Below are positions 38,801 to 47,758 of a DNA stretch of 61,177 nt, in pieces (within the stretch, counting starts at the first letter, position 1; each line of letters starts with the position of its first letter). This stretch comes from a virus (taxonomy: Duplodnaviria; Caudoviricetes): the IMG/VR virus record IMGVR_UViG_3300025009_000108, positions 1 through 61,177 of that record. The stretch is one strand, 5' to 3'. Below the pieces are notes generated by a model. The model was not told the DNA's origin. It was given only the letters and a program-made list of their open reading frames with translations, and ran no database searches. Made by a program: the position numbers and the translations under genes.

Positions 38801-41183
38801 AAAGGTATTCTTCCTCTGTCATGGCTTGCGGGGCTTCCTGCCTTTCCTTACCGCTCGGATCGGTTAAGGTTGGGGGCGTTGCCTTAACTTGGAGGTCTGG
38901 ATATGCCGATAGCACCGAAGCGGGAACGGGCTTTCCATCAGACACCGCTGTCTTCACGGCCTCTCGGTGAGATTGCCTTAAATACCCGTCTAGGGTATCA
39001 TCACTTCTTGCTGCCATCTGCTCGGCTGAAATTGCCCATACAGGAACAGCATTAGGGGCAACCTGCCTGCCTTCAATAAAGGCTTTTTCTGTAACGTCGT
39101 ACCACTCGTCTTCGAGCCTTTTCCGCACCGAGTCCCTGTGTTTTCTGACGTACTCTCGGGGGGCTTGCCTTCCTATCCCTTTCTCCGCTTCTGTTTCAAA
39201 CCTGCTTTCGACGTATTCCTGTTGGCTTTGTTCCCACGGTTCTTTAGTGGCTGGAGCCGCCATCTCTGACGGCTCCATTGCTGTAACTTTCCTTCCTACC
39301 TTAGCACCATATTCTGTCATCTGTTCGGGAGTACGCTTATCCCTAACCAATGGATGCGTTCCAGCCGCAGCCTCCAAGGCCTCACGGTAAAGCTGCCCAC
39401 GATAGGCGTTCTGTGTCCGTTCGTCGCTGAAGTCTTTGGCGGCTTTCAATTCTGCTTCGCGGGCCTGAGTTTCTGATCTAAGCCGTTCAATCTCCTTAAT
39501 CTGTTCATGTGTCGCGTTCTTTCCGAAATCAACGGCTTCGTTGGTGTTTTTAAAGTCCGGGATTCTTTCCGTTACTGTTTCTGCGGGTGGCAGATTAAAT
39601 TTTTGGATGCCTTCCCCAGCGGCAACCAAGGGGGAGTCAAGTTGCGCCGGGGAAGGTTGCTGCGCTTCCTGTGGGGAGGAGGGCACAGGGGCGGCAGCAA
39701 TATTTTTACCCCGGCCAGCGCCAGACGGTTTCTCGGCTTCTGGGCGCGGGGTCTCTTGGGCACGTTTCTTGATTTCGTTGGCTATGGCTTGCCTGGCCGA
39801 TGGATCTTCTGAACTCGCCAGAACATCAACTAAAATAGAAACCTCTTGAGCCCTTGCTTTTCGTTGAGCGGCCTCATCAGCCAACTGCTTGCGGGCCATC
39901 TCATTACGTGAAATCTCGTTTTCAGCATCGATGTTTGTGCGGTCAATGGCTTGCTGGTTCTGTTTCTGACGTTGAACAATAGGCTCTTCGGTCAATCCCT
40001 CTCTCTCAAAAACTTCATACGATTGCTCGGCAGGTGCCATTGGCGCTTGGCTTAATATATCGGCAGATTCTTTGGCTGTTGAAGGCCGCCCGGTTTTTCC
40101 AAAGCTTCCTTGCTGATACTCTTCTTCAATCTCGTCAAAAACTGTCTTTGGTTGATACTGCGCTATCGCCTCGTCAATTCCTGATCGCATAGCGGGAGGA
40201 ACACGATCCCGCATGGCCTTTAGCTGGTCTGCGGTTACGGCTCCGGATTGGAGATCGGCAATGAATGGATTTGGTTGGGCGTCTTGCTTTTCGTCTTGAA
40301 CAACCTCCCCACGCCCTGAAATGGCACCGGCTGCACCAGGGATTAACGCCATGGGAGCGGCTATAGACGCTTCGTACAATCCTTCCTTGGCGGTTTGCGG
40401 AAGCTGCTTTATGTACTGTGCGCTTTTTTCGAGGAGGGTCTTATCAGGGTTCGGCGCAAAGATGTTTACAAATTCATCGGGAAACTTCTGAAAAAATTCT
40501 GTAAACGCTTCTGCACCTGCCGCCTTTAATGCCGTAAATATGGGCTTGCCAAACGACGATAGCGCCTTGCTTATACCAATTTGTTCAAGCGGTGCTTGCA
40601 TTGAAGCGTTGGCAAGACCCCATATAGCAGCTTCTTTTTCAGGAACGCCCTTTTCGATTAGATCGTTATACGTTCCGCCTGCAATCTGTAACCCCATTCC
40701 GGTAACACCGGCCACAGGCGATGCCATAGAGGTAACGATTTGACCGCCGAACTGAGGTACGGCGCGAGCAAAAGATTCGCCCCAATTCTTGGGCTGCATG
40801 GATTTATCGGGAGCTATAGACGGACTCTTGGCTACCGTCGAGGCGGCTTGCGCCATCTGATCGTTATATTCTGGACCGAACGTATCGATGCCTGGTTGAA
40901 TTTGAGGCTTTAGAAAACCTGATTTGTAACCAGCCGCAATGCCGCCCATAGTGCTTCTGGCAACGTCTTTTGCACCTTCAATAAACTGTTTAGGTCTGAT
41001 GATAGGTTCGCCGGATGGCTCAAACGGTTCTCCGCCGTGCATGTCGCCCGGTGTTAAATAGTCCATTTTTGGTTGTTTCAACTGTGCCTGAAATTCAGAC
41101 TCAAGGTCATCTAAAACAGAAACTCCCCTGCGAGGATTCAACGATTGCTGAAATTCATTTTCAAGATCTTCAATAACACCCAT
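32811..41183 (-). CDS. Large polyvalent internal virion/ejection protein (LPD38 C-terminus, zincin-like and ART-like domains)
   Basis: HESFGHYGL; AYHGTPH...IGTGEGAASYGWGWY; YVRERNAIF...KIPLPWGY. Confidence 0.85.
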   Translation of the reverse strand: MGVIEDLENEFQQSLNPRRGVSVLDDLESEFQAQLKQPKMDYLTPGDMHGGEPFEPSGEPIIRPKQFIEGAKDVARSTMGGIAAGYKSGFLKPQIQPGIDTFGPEYNDQMAQAASTVAKSPSIAPDKSMQPKNWGESFARAVPQFGGQIVTSMASPVAGVTGMGLQIAGGTYNDLIEKGVPEKEAAIWGLANASMQAPLEQIGISKALSSFGKPIFTALKAAGAEAFTEFFQKFPDEFVNIFAPNPDKTLLEKSAQYIKQLPQTAKEGLYEASIAAPMALIPGAAGAISGRGEVVQDEKQDAQPNPFIADLQSGAVTADQLKAMRDRVPPAMRSGIDEAIAQYQPKTVFDEIEEEYQQGSFGKTGRPSTAKESADILSQAPMAPAEQSYEVFEREGLTEEPIVQRQKQNQQAIDRTNIDAENEISRNEMARKQLADEAAQRKARAQEVSILVDVLASSEDPSARQAIANEIKKRAQETPRPEAEKPSGAGRGKNIAAAPVPSSPQEAQQPSPAQLDSPLVAAGEGIQKFNLPPAETVTERIPDFKNTNEAVDFGKNATHEQIKEIERLRSETQAREAELKAAKDFSDERTQNAYRGQLYREALEAAAGTHPLVRDKRTPEQMTEYGAKVGRKVTAMEPSEMAAPATKEPWEQSQQEYVESRFETEAEKGIGRQAPREYVRKHRDSVRKRLEDEWYDVTEKAFIEGRQVAPNAVPVWAISAEQMAARSDDTLDGYLRQSHREAVKTAVSDGKPVPASVLSAYPDLQVKATPPTLTDPSGKERQEAPQAMTEEEYLSSVGLSRQDIGESALHKNRGGKSDKQWAKTVDAQAAKDRELITKRDAARKDYADKIASGELRAPTRTEQLIRTAQGHEDNEATMSARRVLEKRGIKWESPVQQPASVQEKRTLPEVEQSRKPINGVQKSGRREQAAAPGEVGMVERRSQDRGTPERRDIGERRAVGRTVKQNPEEAPQKPKALGRVWTGNQWRPYVETQEIKRGKKKGMIRVTLPGGKRIVVDAKSLKSSSDKPIFSRRNPQEHGTQKAKDLSIKIVRITSAWANSPAVEVVQSQSELPGDILDHLKSIGAENDIVDGTFYHGTVYLVADNLASEKSAVNTMLHESFGHYGLRELLGPQFKMVLRQVYAAKKAEADAIGKEYGFDMSNQNGRIQAADEWLARHVSENEQSTWIDKVVAAIRSFVRRVAPSLKFSDAEIRSLLDAARASVVEGGAKSLVDESAPAFAKAYHGTPHIWPPEKGFPHGRPRLDKIGTGEGAASYGWGWYSAEEKTVAGRYAEVLRPLTEVRSLTVGGVPLYHNGDPVDYSPYQFTKNPTERDYVRAQIQEDLLINEWKLREAFDKKGVIGVVDMAREVINDRIEMANDDNPKAVPHLKAILKKLNEGDNSVKFNKGESQLYTLDIPDDVIPKLLDWDKPLSEQSEYVKKALRRAYDSSSGDLKKVLNHSWDSADSGEALYADLSEFLSEKDEPAGNGWTGFRQTLNDRVANQKAASEYLASIGIPGNKYLDQMSRDKGNNKVEFSKESNTWDVVDGKGNLLAEFVTKAEAEKAASRTSNFVIWDQKVLDRIALLERNGEKLDAMREGAQFSRRENQPEKPEGGQRYKDTILIDDGTSEHGDSVFGDDWGDINSYKELHIAYDGTEGSSWVDGHKEYAHIKNPVARIRLTHRREDGSDLLVEEIQPPSKQEQAKMPAKVRNRMYDIAIRHLVSYAAKNEINSIMLPDADALQVSMGWETGNLSNLYDKILPSKLTKLLGDPEETYVGNFEVKYWNVDQNDDPIPTHTSQPGKAGTEPSFSRRKEDSDNTEFDQEAYDFAVKYFGKEKADKEFGLDKKERTESKRLNGRFEEIRSAINRPLNDFMYWIVDKNHPIQEVQAKLSKVTESIDVFLKETQRPKVTANRVKELWANEVKPLIEAIAKSGKNVSYLEEYAHAKHAQEANIDARDKNAKRFLDALIEALPAKITKPLRDEMAVATENKRKSAKTKGVFEGVGLTGEDNYKYLEKSFEQFADENATKQIKKNWESFTGIDETQDSVGKLSGMSNAEAKDILDKYHSDTVMERLRKNLASINNNRLELLMDAGLIPQEEYDAIKSKFEYYVPLQREGFDDSVFGASRGLNPTGKPIKVRGGSKRNVVNIIGNSVASYEKAINLAEKAASTRVLRDLVKNNPDPTLWTLKTEKKAPRLDQYGNVRMYPDIFNVSDNEFRFMSDGKQYILEVNRDNRDLMLMLRTLKAADTSYGPIMNSLAKVNQWLAKINTTWSPEFIISNFARDFQTANINIQDTGVKGKNMLSGAGKAVNAIWRVEKGKQKGDELEKLYDRFKKAGGKIGWSDIHGSVANLEKSISKDVEVLQGKRPILATARKFAETVGAANTAIENGIRLHVFKLAAGKGMTDIKAAKIASDITVDFTKKGAAGPVINSLYLFANAGIQGSYRIIRAARRSSGVRKTLAGIVGTGFTFGILNAMVGGDDDDNEDYYSKIEDYVRERNAIFMIPGSKGKYLKIPLPWGYNLFWNIGTEAALAFTRKNYKPIDGAARLAVNFANAFNPIQSGTLLQTLAPTIADPFAQVAENKNWFGGPLMPGDNPFDKVPDPDSQRYWKSSRKPSVWVASQLNTLTGGDNIKKGAIDVSPATLDLILDTVGGSMARFFADMGAVPLKKLRGEEVQISKIPFVRRVFGEKAEWSDSRTYFENIQEILTVKEQLEAYAGSDYFRNLSSQTKPQQAMFGAAVQTEKNLRRLRRVKKALEASGNKEQVKNIEKIIDEQYKTFNSMYDKTVN

Positions 41184-42017
41184 TTACTGAATCCCCGCTT
41201 GTTTGGCGGCATCTTCTTTGCTCAAGCCCTCTTGTCTAAGTTTGAAATATTGGGCTTTTTGTTCTGGAGTTACGGAACCTTGTTGTGTAGGCGCTCCACC
41301 CGGTTGACCCTGCGTTTCAGTCCCAGCCTTATTGCCCTGTGAGCTTTGCTGACGAAGATATTTTGCAAGCTGTTGGGCTTTGGTTGCCATCTCCTCGCTG
41401 GATTTTCCAAACATCGTAACATCGTTCTGAAGCATCTGAGCCGCCGGCCTCAAGAACGGATCTACATCCACACCGATAAGGCGTTCCTGTTCAGGAGTAG
41501 CCTTGCCCTGCATGAATGCATTCCAGGATTCAAGTTTCATCTGCTTAAGTCCGTCGCCTTGTGAACCTGCTCGCATTCCGGCGATCTTCTCGGCAGAGAC
41601 CCTGTTAAGACCCGCAACCTTTTCTCGTGATGTCCGGTCGAGAGATTTTTCCTTTGAGTCCTGGGACTGCTTCCTCATGGTCTGATAGGCTTCGAAAGCT
41701 TTTCTGCGAGTTGTCGGAACGTTCAGAATGTCTTCAGGTACAGTTGACATCAACTTCTTTTTGGCCGCGTCGTCAAGCTTTGACGTGCTGATTGCAATTC
41801 CGAAGGTAACCGGCTCGTCCAAATGTTGCTCGCGTTTTTCCTTAGCGAGAGCTGCCTCTTGTTGGCTTGCGCGGCTCTGAAGTTCTAGGTCGGTTCGAGC
41901 ACCTGCCAGACTAAGCCCCTGCATGGCTTCTTCATGGCGCTGCTTATCCAGAGACAAACCTCTAACCCTGTCCGAAAGTGAATTGATTGCGTTTGGAACC
42001 AGAGCGTAATCAGGCAT
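41184..42017 (-). CDS. Putative ejection/internal virion protein
   Basis: GGAGG RBS before MPDYAL; Gln/Ala-rich helical sequence; synteny. Confidence 0.65.
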   Translation of the reverse strand: MPDYALVPNAINSLSDRVRGLSLDKQRHEEAMQGLSLAGARTDLELQSRASQQEAALAKEKREQHLDEPVTFGIAISTSKLDDAAKKKLMSTVPEDILNVPTTRRKAFEAYQTMRKQSQDSKEKSLDRTSREKVAGLNRVSAEKIAGMRAGSQGDGLKQMKLESWNAFMQGKATPEQERLIGVDVDPFLRPAAQMLQNDVTMFGKSSEEMATKAQQLAKYLRQQSSQGNKAGTETQGQPGGAPTQQGSVTPEQKAQYFKLRQEGLSKEDAAKQAGIQ

Positions 42018-43320
42018 TTTGTACCTCCGGCGTTTCGGTCCTACTATAACACGGATATAATTCCGGCGCATACTGTTTTATAAGCGCCAGGTATTTTTCT
42101 TCATAAATCTTGTGCGCTTCCTCAAAGTCTCCAGACTCCATGTGCTCCATTATCGGGGCGATGGTGTTCTGCTTAAAGTCATTGTAGAAGTTGACAAGAT
42201 CAACGTTTAAACGCTCTTTTATCGCCTTGACCAATTTAGGAGCGTTCACAAAATAATGCATAGCTATTCTATGGTGATTCTTTTTCGAATAGTGCTTCAA
42301 GGCTTCAAGTTTTTCCATTATCAGGTCTTCGATGCCTACGATTTTTCCGGTTTCGGTGCAAAGCCAAGAAACGTCATCTATCACATCACTAAAAAGGTTT
42401 GCCCCGGCACTGATCGGGTCTATCAAACCGCCAATGACATCGGCGGTTCTGTCATCTGCTCCGGTAAAGTCCTTTATGCCTTCATGTAGAAAATCGTATC
42501 CGGCAACCCCAATTGGATTAGCCCATTGATTAACCATGGCCGGCCCCTCTGCGGTCATATCTCCCCAATCTCCGCGAAGTACGGCAGAGTCAAAGCGCTC
42601 TCCAGCGGTCGGACGATCAAAGCTTTGTTCTGCCCAACCCATCCACGGTTCCGTAAAGAAGCGCGGCTCCCAATTGCCCTCATCGTTTGTGCTGAAAACA
42701 TCACCAGTCTTGATCCCTTTATATTCCCTATCCGTATCTTTTGATAGGGCGTGCTGTCCTGCGATTATAGCTCCAATAGCCGCCGTTGTGCCCAGGGCGC
42801 CACCAGCTCCAGCGGTGGCCCCGGCTTCGGCGCCACCTGTCGCGCCAACAGAGGAAGCCGCACCTGCCCCACCAGTTCCAACAAGGGCCGATTCTGCCGC
42901 CGCTGGCGCCACTGTGGTTGCGGCGGGAGCAGCGGAAGCAGCAGCCCCTTCAGAAAAAAGTCCAGCCACAGAACCTACCCCGGACTTAATATAAGGTGCC
43001 GACTGAATGGCCAAGCCAGCCGATGAAACACCTGTCGCAAGGGCTGCTTGCTTTTGAGCCTCTGCGCCCTGCTCTTGCTGGAGTTTAAGCGTTTCTCCAT
43101 ATTGCTGCTTTTGAGTATCCAGGTTCTCTTGGAACTGTGATTGATTTTGGGTAAGTTCTTTTTCGTACAGCTCTTTTTGCTGGTCCATCCGCTTTTGCTC
43201 AAGATCCCGAGAAAGCTTACTGTAATAAGCCTCTCTTGCAGTGGGAGCTTCGGCGCGGATAATATCGCTGTATCTGGGAGATCCTACCTTGCGACCGGTC
43301 AACGAATAGAAGGGGTCCAT
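42010..43320 (-). CDS. Putative ejection/internal virion protein
   Basis: Coiled coil plus Gly/Ala-rich hydrophobic tract; C-terminal WLCTE domain. Confidence 0.65.
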   Translation of the reverse strand: MDPFYSLTGRKVGSPRYSDIIRAEAPTAREAYYSKLSRDLEQKRMDQQKELYEKELTQNQSQFQENLDTQKQQYGETLKLQQEQGAEAQKQAALATGVSSAGLAIQSAPYIKSGVGSVAGLFSEGAAASAAPAATTVAPAAAESALVGTGGAGAASSVGATGGAEAGATAGAGGALGTTAAIGAIIAGQHALSKDTDREYKGIKTGDVFSTNDEGNWEPRFFTEPWMGWAEQSFDRPTAGERFDSAVLRGDWGDMTAEGPAMVNQWANPIGVAGYDFLHEGIKDFTGADDRTADVIGGLIDPISAGANLFSDVIDDVSWLCTETGKIVGIEDLIMEKLEALKHYSKKNHHRIAMHYFVNAPKLVKAIKERLNVDLVNFYNDFKQNTIAPIMEHMESGDFEEAHKIYEEKYLALIKQYAPELYPCYSRTETPEVQNA

Positions 43321-43323
43321 TTT

Positions 43324-43827
43324 TTACTCCACTCTTAGAAGTTTAACCCATTCGGCCCAGCGCTGTTCTTCAGCGGTTCCGGCGTCCTGGTATTTTTTTA
43401 TAATCTGATCCATCGCCGCCTTGCGGTCATCTAAGCGATTCATTTCTTTGTAGGTTCCGAGTCCTTGCAGTCCTAACCCGGCCACGGAAAGACCGGTAGC
43501 CCAATTGCCAGCGCGTTTGTTGTGCGCCATCTCTTCGCCGGCCATATCCATGCTGTCAGAAAAGCGCTGCTTGTCGAAATCCAGGCTCTTTTGGAATCGA
43601 TCAGATTGAGCCGATAATGATTTTTCGGCCATCTCCTTGTTTTGGGCGAGTCCCTTTTCAGCCAGGCCAAGACGGCCTTGTGCATTTTCAGCTCTTTTTT
43701 GCACGGCGTAATCTCGCGCAGATGATTCGGTGATGGCATCTTGGGCAGAAGTGTCAACGGCCGGTCCTGCCTGTCTTCCAAGGCCCATTAAAAGCCTATC
43801 AGTTAATTGTGGCGTCCATCTAATCAT
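43324..43827 (-). CDS. Putative ejection/internal virion protein
   Basis: Helical with GLSVAGLGLQGLG segment; synteny. Confidence 0.65.
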   Translation of the reverse strand: MIRWTPQLTDRLLMGLGRQAGPAVDTSAQDAITESSARDYAVQKRAENAQGRLGLAEKGLAQNKEMAEKSLSAQSDRFQKSLDFDKQRFSDSMDMAGEEMAHNKRAGNWATGLSVAGLGLQGLGTYKEMNRLDDRKAAMDQIIKKYQDAGTAEEQRWAEWVKLLRVE

Positions 43828-43829
43828 GC

Positions 43830-46800
43830 TTAATCCTCTCTGATCATGCGGGCTTTATACCCCCATACCAGCGGCTCCCATTTTTCCGATGACGTGGAAG
43901 CCGCAAAATCTACCTGATACAGATACCCCATAATGCCCATGGACTTTTCACCGGCCTCATTCCTGGAAACTGCTCCTGAAGCTGCGTTAAGCGGTATCGT
44001 CAGGGTCTTGCTCGATAAAGTACCATCGACATAAGCCGATACAGTCACATCTCTGTCTTCAGTGATTTTAGAAGACATGAGTTTAATGTCCCTAAGTTCT
44101 GCCTGAGTCCAAAAACCGATTTCATCCGCAACAGGTGGAGAAAATAGCCCGGTCTTAATTTCCTGGGATATGGCCGTTCCGTTCCATGTAGCGCCGTAGT
44201 CAAGGCGCATCAGATGCCCTGAAGCAAGATGCCCGTAATTGTAGCGAACACCGTCAGAATCCTTAACCGGAACAGTGTAAACCGGATATTCAGAAGGAGC
44301 CTTGCGATACCAGCGCCGGCCTTTCAAATCACACACCAACCATGTGTTATTAGCTGCCGCCGCTGCTCCTGAAGGAATCAAAAGATTGTATTCATGATGG
44401 ATATGGTCGTAATAGGCCGTAGCAAGGCTGATATTGGAAGTATTTATGTATTCTGTCTTGGTGGTGTCAAAATAGTTCTCAATGCCAGGCATCGGTGTTA
44501 AAATCGCGCCGTCGAATAACACAGGTCCGGAAGAGTCGAGCCAAATAAGGGCATTTCTTTTCGCTTCTTCAGCTACTTCGAAGCCAATTTCTGCTGAAAC
44601 CATCGTCATGGGAGCCGGGCACCCGATATTGGTTGAGATAGTCCTCTTTACGAACGGCTCGTTAAAGTCAAAATAGGGTTGCGCACCGGTCAAAAGGTAT
44701 GTTTCGCCGGTTTTGCACACTATCCAAGATTCAATAATGTTGGAGCCGTATCGGTTGAATAGGCTGGAAGTCGCCGTGATCTTGTTTTCGTCACCGAAGA
44801 ATAGAGAAAGGCGCCCGCCGTCCGATGTATTGACCCCATTATAGACCCAAGGGGCATCCGGCAGGCTGTAGTCAACTCGGTTATCTTTTATAAGCATGGC
44901 GCGGCCGGAGTAGAAGCCCACCTTATCATATCCCGTCATCTTCAGGGGCGCGGCGATACCGGTAAGTAAATCTATACTTGTGCCATCGTGGGCGGTGCCA
45001 TCCGTCAACGTGCCGCTGAGGTTTATTCGGTAAACATATCCAAGCTTGCCGAACTTTTCAACGGGCTGCTCAAGGTTGAGTGGCAGCGGAGACCAACTGA
45101 TAGACCCTGTTTGCGCAAACGAAGTAACGAAGGCCGGGGCAGTCTTGTCTTGCAACGTGCCGACAGTCGTATAATCCGAGCCATCCCAATAGTCGATTGA
45201 GGAAATTGCCGCAGCAGCGGCATTGACCTTGGCGCCCAGCATGGTTACAAAGATACCCATAACTGGATCATCGAACATAATGAAGATTTTGTCCGTGGCC
45301 GTCAGCCCTCCGATAGTAGCCGCAAAGGGTGCGTCAACGGTGGATTTCTCATTTACCTGGTAGGTATAATCCTCATATTTTGAAGATCGTAACGCCTGAA
45401 ATGCCGTGCATGTGCGTTCGGATGCGTTCCATACATCCTTGACAGTTTGCAACGGCGCACCGCATGTAACCTTGTATATGTTGGCTGTCCCGGTAGATAG
45501 ATGAAATCTGTACCAATATAGTACAACTCCGTTTAAATATCTTAGCTTTGCCAGATTGGCGGCATCTGTGAATGAAATAGTGCCGGTCTGGTTTAGCGGG
45601 ACAGCGCCCACCCTGGTTCCGTCCGTAAACGTCATGTCGCTCCATGACCCACCAGACCAAACCGATCCAGATAAAGTCGCAGAAACAGTATTCGGGTTAG
45701 AAATATAAAGCTTGATGGCGTTCAGTTGCAGAGGAGAACCGACATAGAAATACTGCTGTTGAGCAACGACCGTAAGGGAGTAAGGAGCTACCGGCGGAGT
45801 GAAATCCGAAACAAAACGTGCCAACCCTTTAGTGACGCGGTATTCGTCCAGATAGGTCGGGTTTACCGTCAACCCTACTGTGTTCTGTCCAGCTATAATC
45901 AATGGGGTAGAAAGATTTGGCATCGTGATGTTGGCCGTAGCTATAGCGATCGCCACTCCATCGGATACAAGGGCGAAGTCGTTTGCGTTTCCGCCCCACC
46001 CTCTCACCACCGCGAAATGATGCCATGCATCGGCGCCCAAAACTGAGGCCGAAGGAGAAGTCAGGCTCACCAGTTCGACTCCGCCAGACACTACCCTGAA
46101 GGAAACTTCGATAGAATCAGAAGAAAATCTATACGCGGTAAAACTTATTGTGTTGTCACCGTCTACATATTGGCGATAGATGAAACGCGCTCGGGCGGCG
46201 ACGAAACTTGGGAACCTGCACCATGTCTCTATGGTAAACGGACTGGTCCCGAAGTCCCAATCGCTTGAATCCGGCGTTGTCAAATAATCCTGGTCTGGAT
46301 CGAAGTATCCGCTTTTACCAAAAACACCATCGTCAGCCTCAACATGCGCACCCCCAACAGCCGTTACCGTGTGTAAGCCAGCCGTGTCCGTAAAAGTGGT
46401 AGAGCCATCAACCCCATTCATGTGCAGCAACAGCTTCGTATAGGTGTCCGTCGTACCTCCGGCCAACGTAATGTATTCGGAGGATAAATCGTTATCTACC
46501 AGATTTGTTCCATCAACGATATCTCCCTCGTCAGGTGGCACAAAAGCGTTGGATGAAGTGAAAAACGATGCAACTCGTAACTCATCTCCGCCATAAATCA
46601 ACGTGGCGTTATCATCGGCATATAACATCGTGCCGGCAGGCCCGGCAGAAAATGACCCCTGACCGCTGGCCATGAAAACGTTATTCAGCGTGTTGCTGCT
46701 CAGTGCGGTTGTAGAAAAATTGCCCTGCTGAGGTACTGCGGACGTGTTTTCATAAAGGAGATACGAGGAGCCGTTATAGGCCTTGGTGATGAAATGGGTT

Positions 46801-47084
46801 TCATCGTCCTTGCGAAACTGGAACCCATTAATGATGGTGCCAGAGATCGGGGTAGTGGTAATAGCCGAATATCCCTCGACGGTTTCAAGTCCCGTATCGT
46901 TGTATCTCAAGTTGTTTAGAACGGTATAGTTTTTTGCTCCAACATGAACAGGATTGATGGCAGGAAGCCATTGACCCATGAAAGGTAATTGGAATATCTT
47001 ATCGGCGGTATCCCAGGATATCGATAAAAGGGCAACGGTCACCAAGATTACCGCTACCGCAAATTTTTTGCCGTGTTTGCGCAT
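43830..47084 (-). CDS. Tail nozzle/DNA-stabilisation-type protein with LamG insertion and N-terminal signal
   Basis: TKLLLHMNG...FTIETW...WHHFAVVR...YLDEYRVTKG LamG; beta-propeller-like C-half; position after the adaptors. Confidence 0.75.
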   Translation of the reverse strand: MRKHGKKFAVAVILVTVALLSISWDTADKIFQLPFMGQWLPAINPVHVGAKNYTVLNNLRYNDTGLETVEGYSAITTTPISGTIINGFQFRKDDETHFITKAYNGSSYLLYENTSAVPQQGNFSTTALSSNTLNNVFMASGQGSFSAGPAGTMLYADDNATLIYGGDELRVASFFTSSNAFVPPDEGDIVDGTNLVDNDLSSEYITLAGGTTDTYTKLLLHMNGVDGSTTFTDTAGLHTVTAVGGAHVEADDGVFGKSGYFDPDQDYLTTPDSSDWDFGTSPFTIETWCRFPSFVAARARFIYRQYVDGDNTISFTAYRFSSDSIEVSFRVVSGGVELVSLTSPSASVLGADAWHHFAVVRGWGGNANDFALVSDGVAIAIATANITMPNLSTPLIIAGQNTVGLTVNPTYLDEYRVTKGLARFVSDFTPPVAPYSLTVVAQQQYFYVGSPLQLNAIKLYISNPNTVSATLSGSVWSGGSWSDMTFTDGTRVGAVPLNQTGTISFTDAANLAKLRYLNGVVLYWYRFHLSTGTANIYKVTCGAPLQTVKDVWNASERTCTAFQALRSSKYEDYTYQVNEKSTVDAPFAATIGGLTATDKIFIMFDDPVMGIFVTMLGAKVNAAAAAISSIDYWDGSDYTTVGTLQDKTAPAFVTSFAQTGSISWSPLPLNLEQPVEKFGKLGYVYRINLSGTLTDGTAHDGTSIDLLTGIAAPLKMTGYDKVGFYSGRAMLIKDNRVDYSLPDAPWVYNGVNTSDGGRLSLFFGDENKITATSSLFNRYGSNIIESWIVCKTGETYLLTGAQPYFDFNEPFVKRTISTNIGCPAPMTMVSAEIGFEVAEEAKRNALIWLDSSGPVLFDGAILTPMPGIENYFDTTKTEYINTSNISLATAYYDHIHHEYNLLIPSGAAAAANNTWLVCDLKGRRWYRKAPSEYPVYTVPVKDSDGVRYNYGHLASGHLMRLDYGATWNGTAISQEIKTGLFSPPVADEIGFWTQAELRDIKLMSSKITEDRDVTVSAYVDGTLSSKTLTIPLNAASGAVSRNEAGEKSMGIMGYLYQVDFAASTSSEKWEPLVWGYKARMIRED

Positions 47085-47758
47085 TATTTCTGCTGGTCCT
47101 TTACCTGAAGGTCTTGTCGGTAAAAGCCTATTTCCTGGTTATACTTTCCCATCATGGATTCGTGCATGGCCGTGTTCTTGTCCTTTAGAGCCATGCGCGA
47201 TAAAATGTAGTACTTTAGAGCCACGTCATATATTGCCGGAGTTGAAATAGTTCCTGAAGACACTATCGGTACGGGCCATTTCACAAGATAAAGCGTGACC
47301 GTCTGAGTCGTAACAGAAGAAAGAGATGGATAAATGCCTATTTTCCCTGCAAATTCGTACCAAAACGCCGGGGCGTCCGTGTCTGATTCTTCCGTGTTTA
47401 ATCCGATCTCCGCAGGGCTTCCTTTTTTAAGGGCAAATTTGTTTGTGCCGTTATAGTACTGCACGGCTACAACTTCGACATAGTTTGAAGTAATCGAGTA
47501 TTCTACCGTGTTGGCTACAAGAGATATGCTTTCGGTTGCTTCGTAGCAATGCGATTTGTTTACCAGGTCGACAATGCCGTCATTGAGGAACTGGAGCATT
47601 TCCGCATCGGTGAAATAGACTGAAGTAGTATCGTTGTAATCGGCTCGTACTTGGGCGATCATGGACGAACCGGTTGTACTAGAAACCTGCTGAGAGCCGG
47701 CCATGCAAACCGAAAATAACGAAAAAACCGCCACGATAGCCCAACATATCGATTTCAT
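47084..47758 (-). CDS. Head-tail adaptor-like protein with signal peptide
   Basis: TGATG-coupled start MKSICWAIVAVFSLFSVCMA; FTDAEMLQFLNDG...IGIYP...P..YDVALKYY..RMALKD. Confidence 0.75.
   Translation of the reverse strand: MKSICWAIVAVFSLFSVCMAGSQQVSSTTGSSMIAQVRADYNDTTSVYFTDAEMLQFLNDGIVDLVNKSHCYEATESISLVANTVEYSITSNYVEVVAVQYYNGTNKFALKKGSPAEIGLNTEESDTDAPAFWYEFAGKIGIYPSLSSVTTQTVTLYLVKWPVPIVSSGTISTPAIYDVALKYYILSRMALKDKNTAMHESMMGKYNQEIGFYRQDLQVKDQQK

Noticed and set aside
32811-41183. Tape measure protein or virion RNA polymerase
   Set aside because: There are no tail tube or chaperone genes and no RNAP motifs; LPD38 and polyvalent motifs fit better
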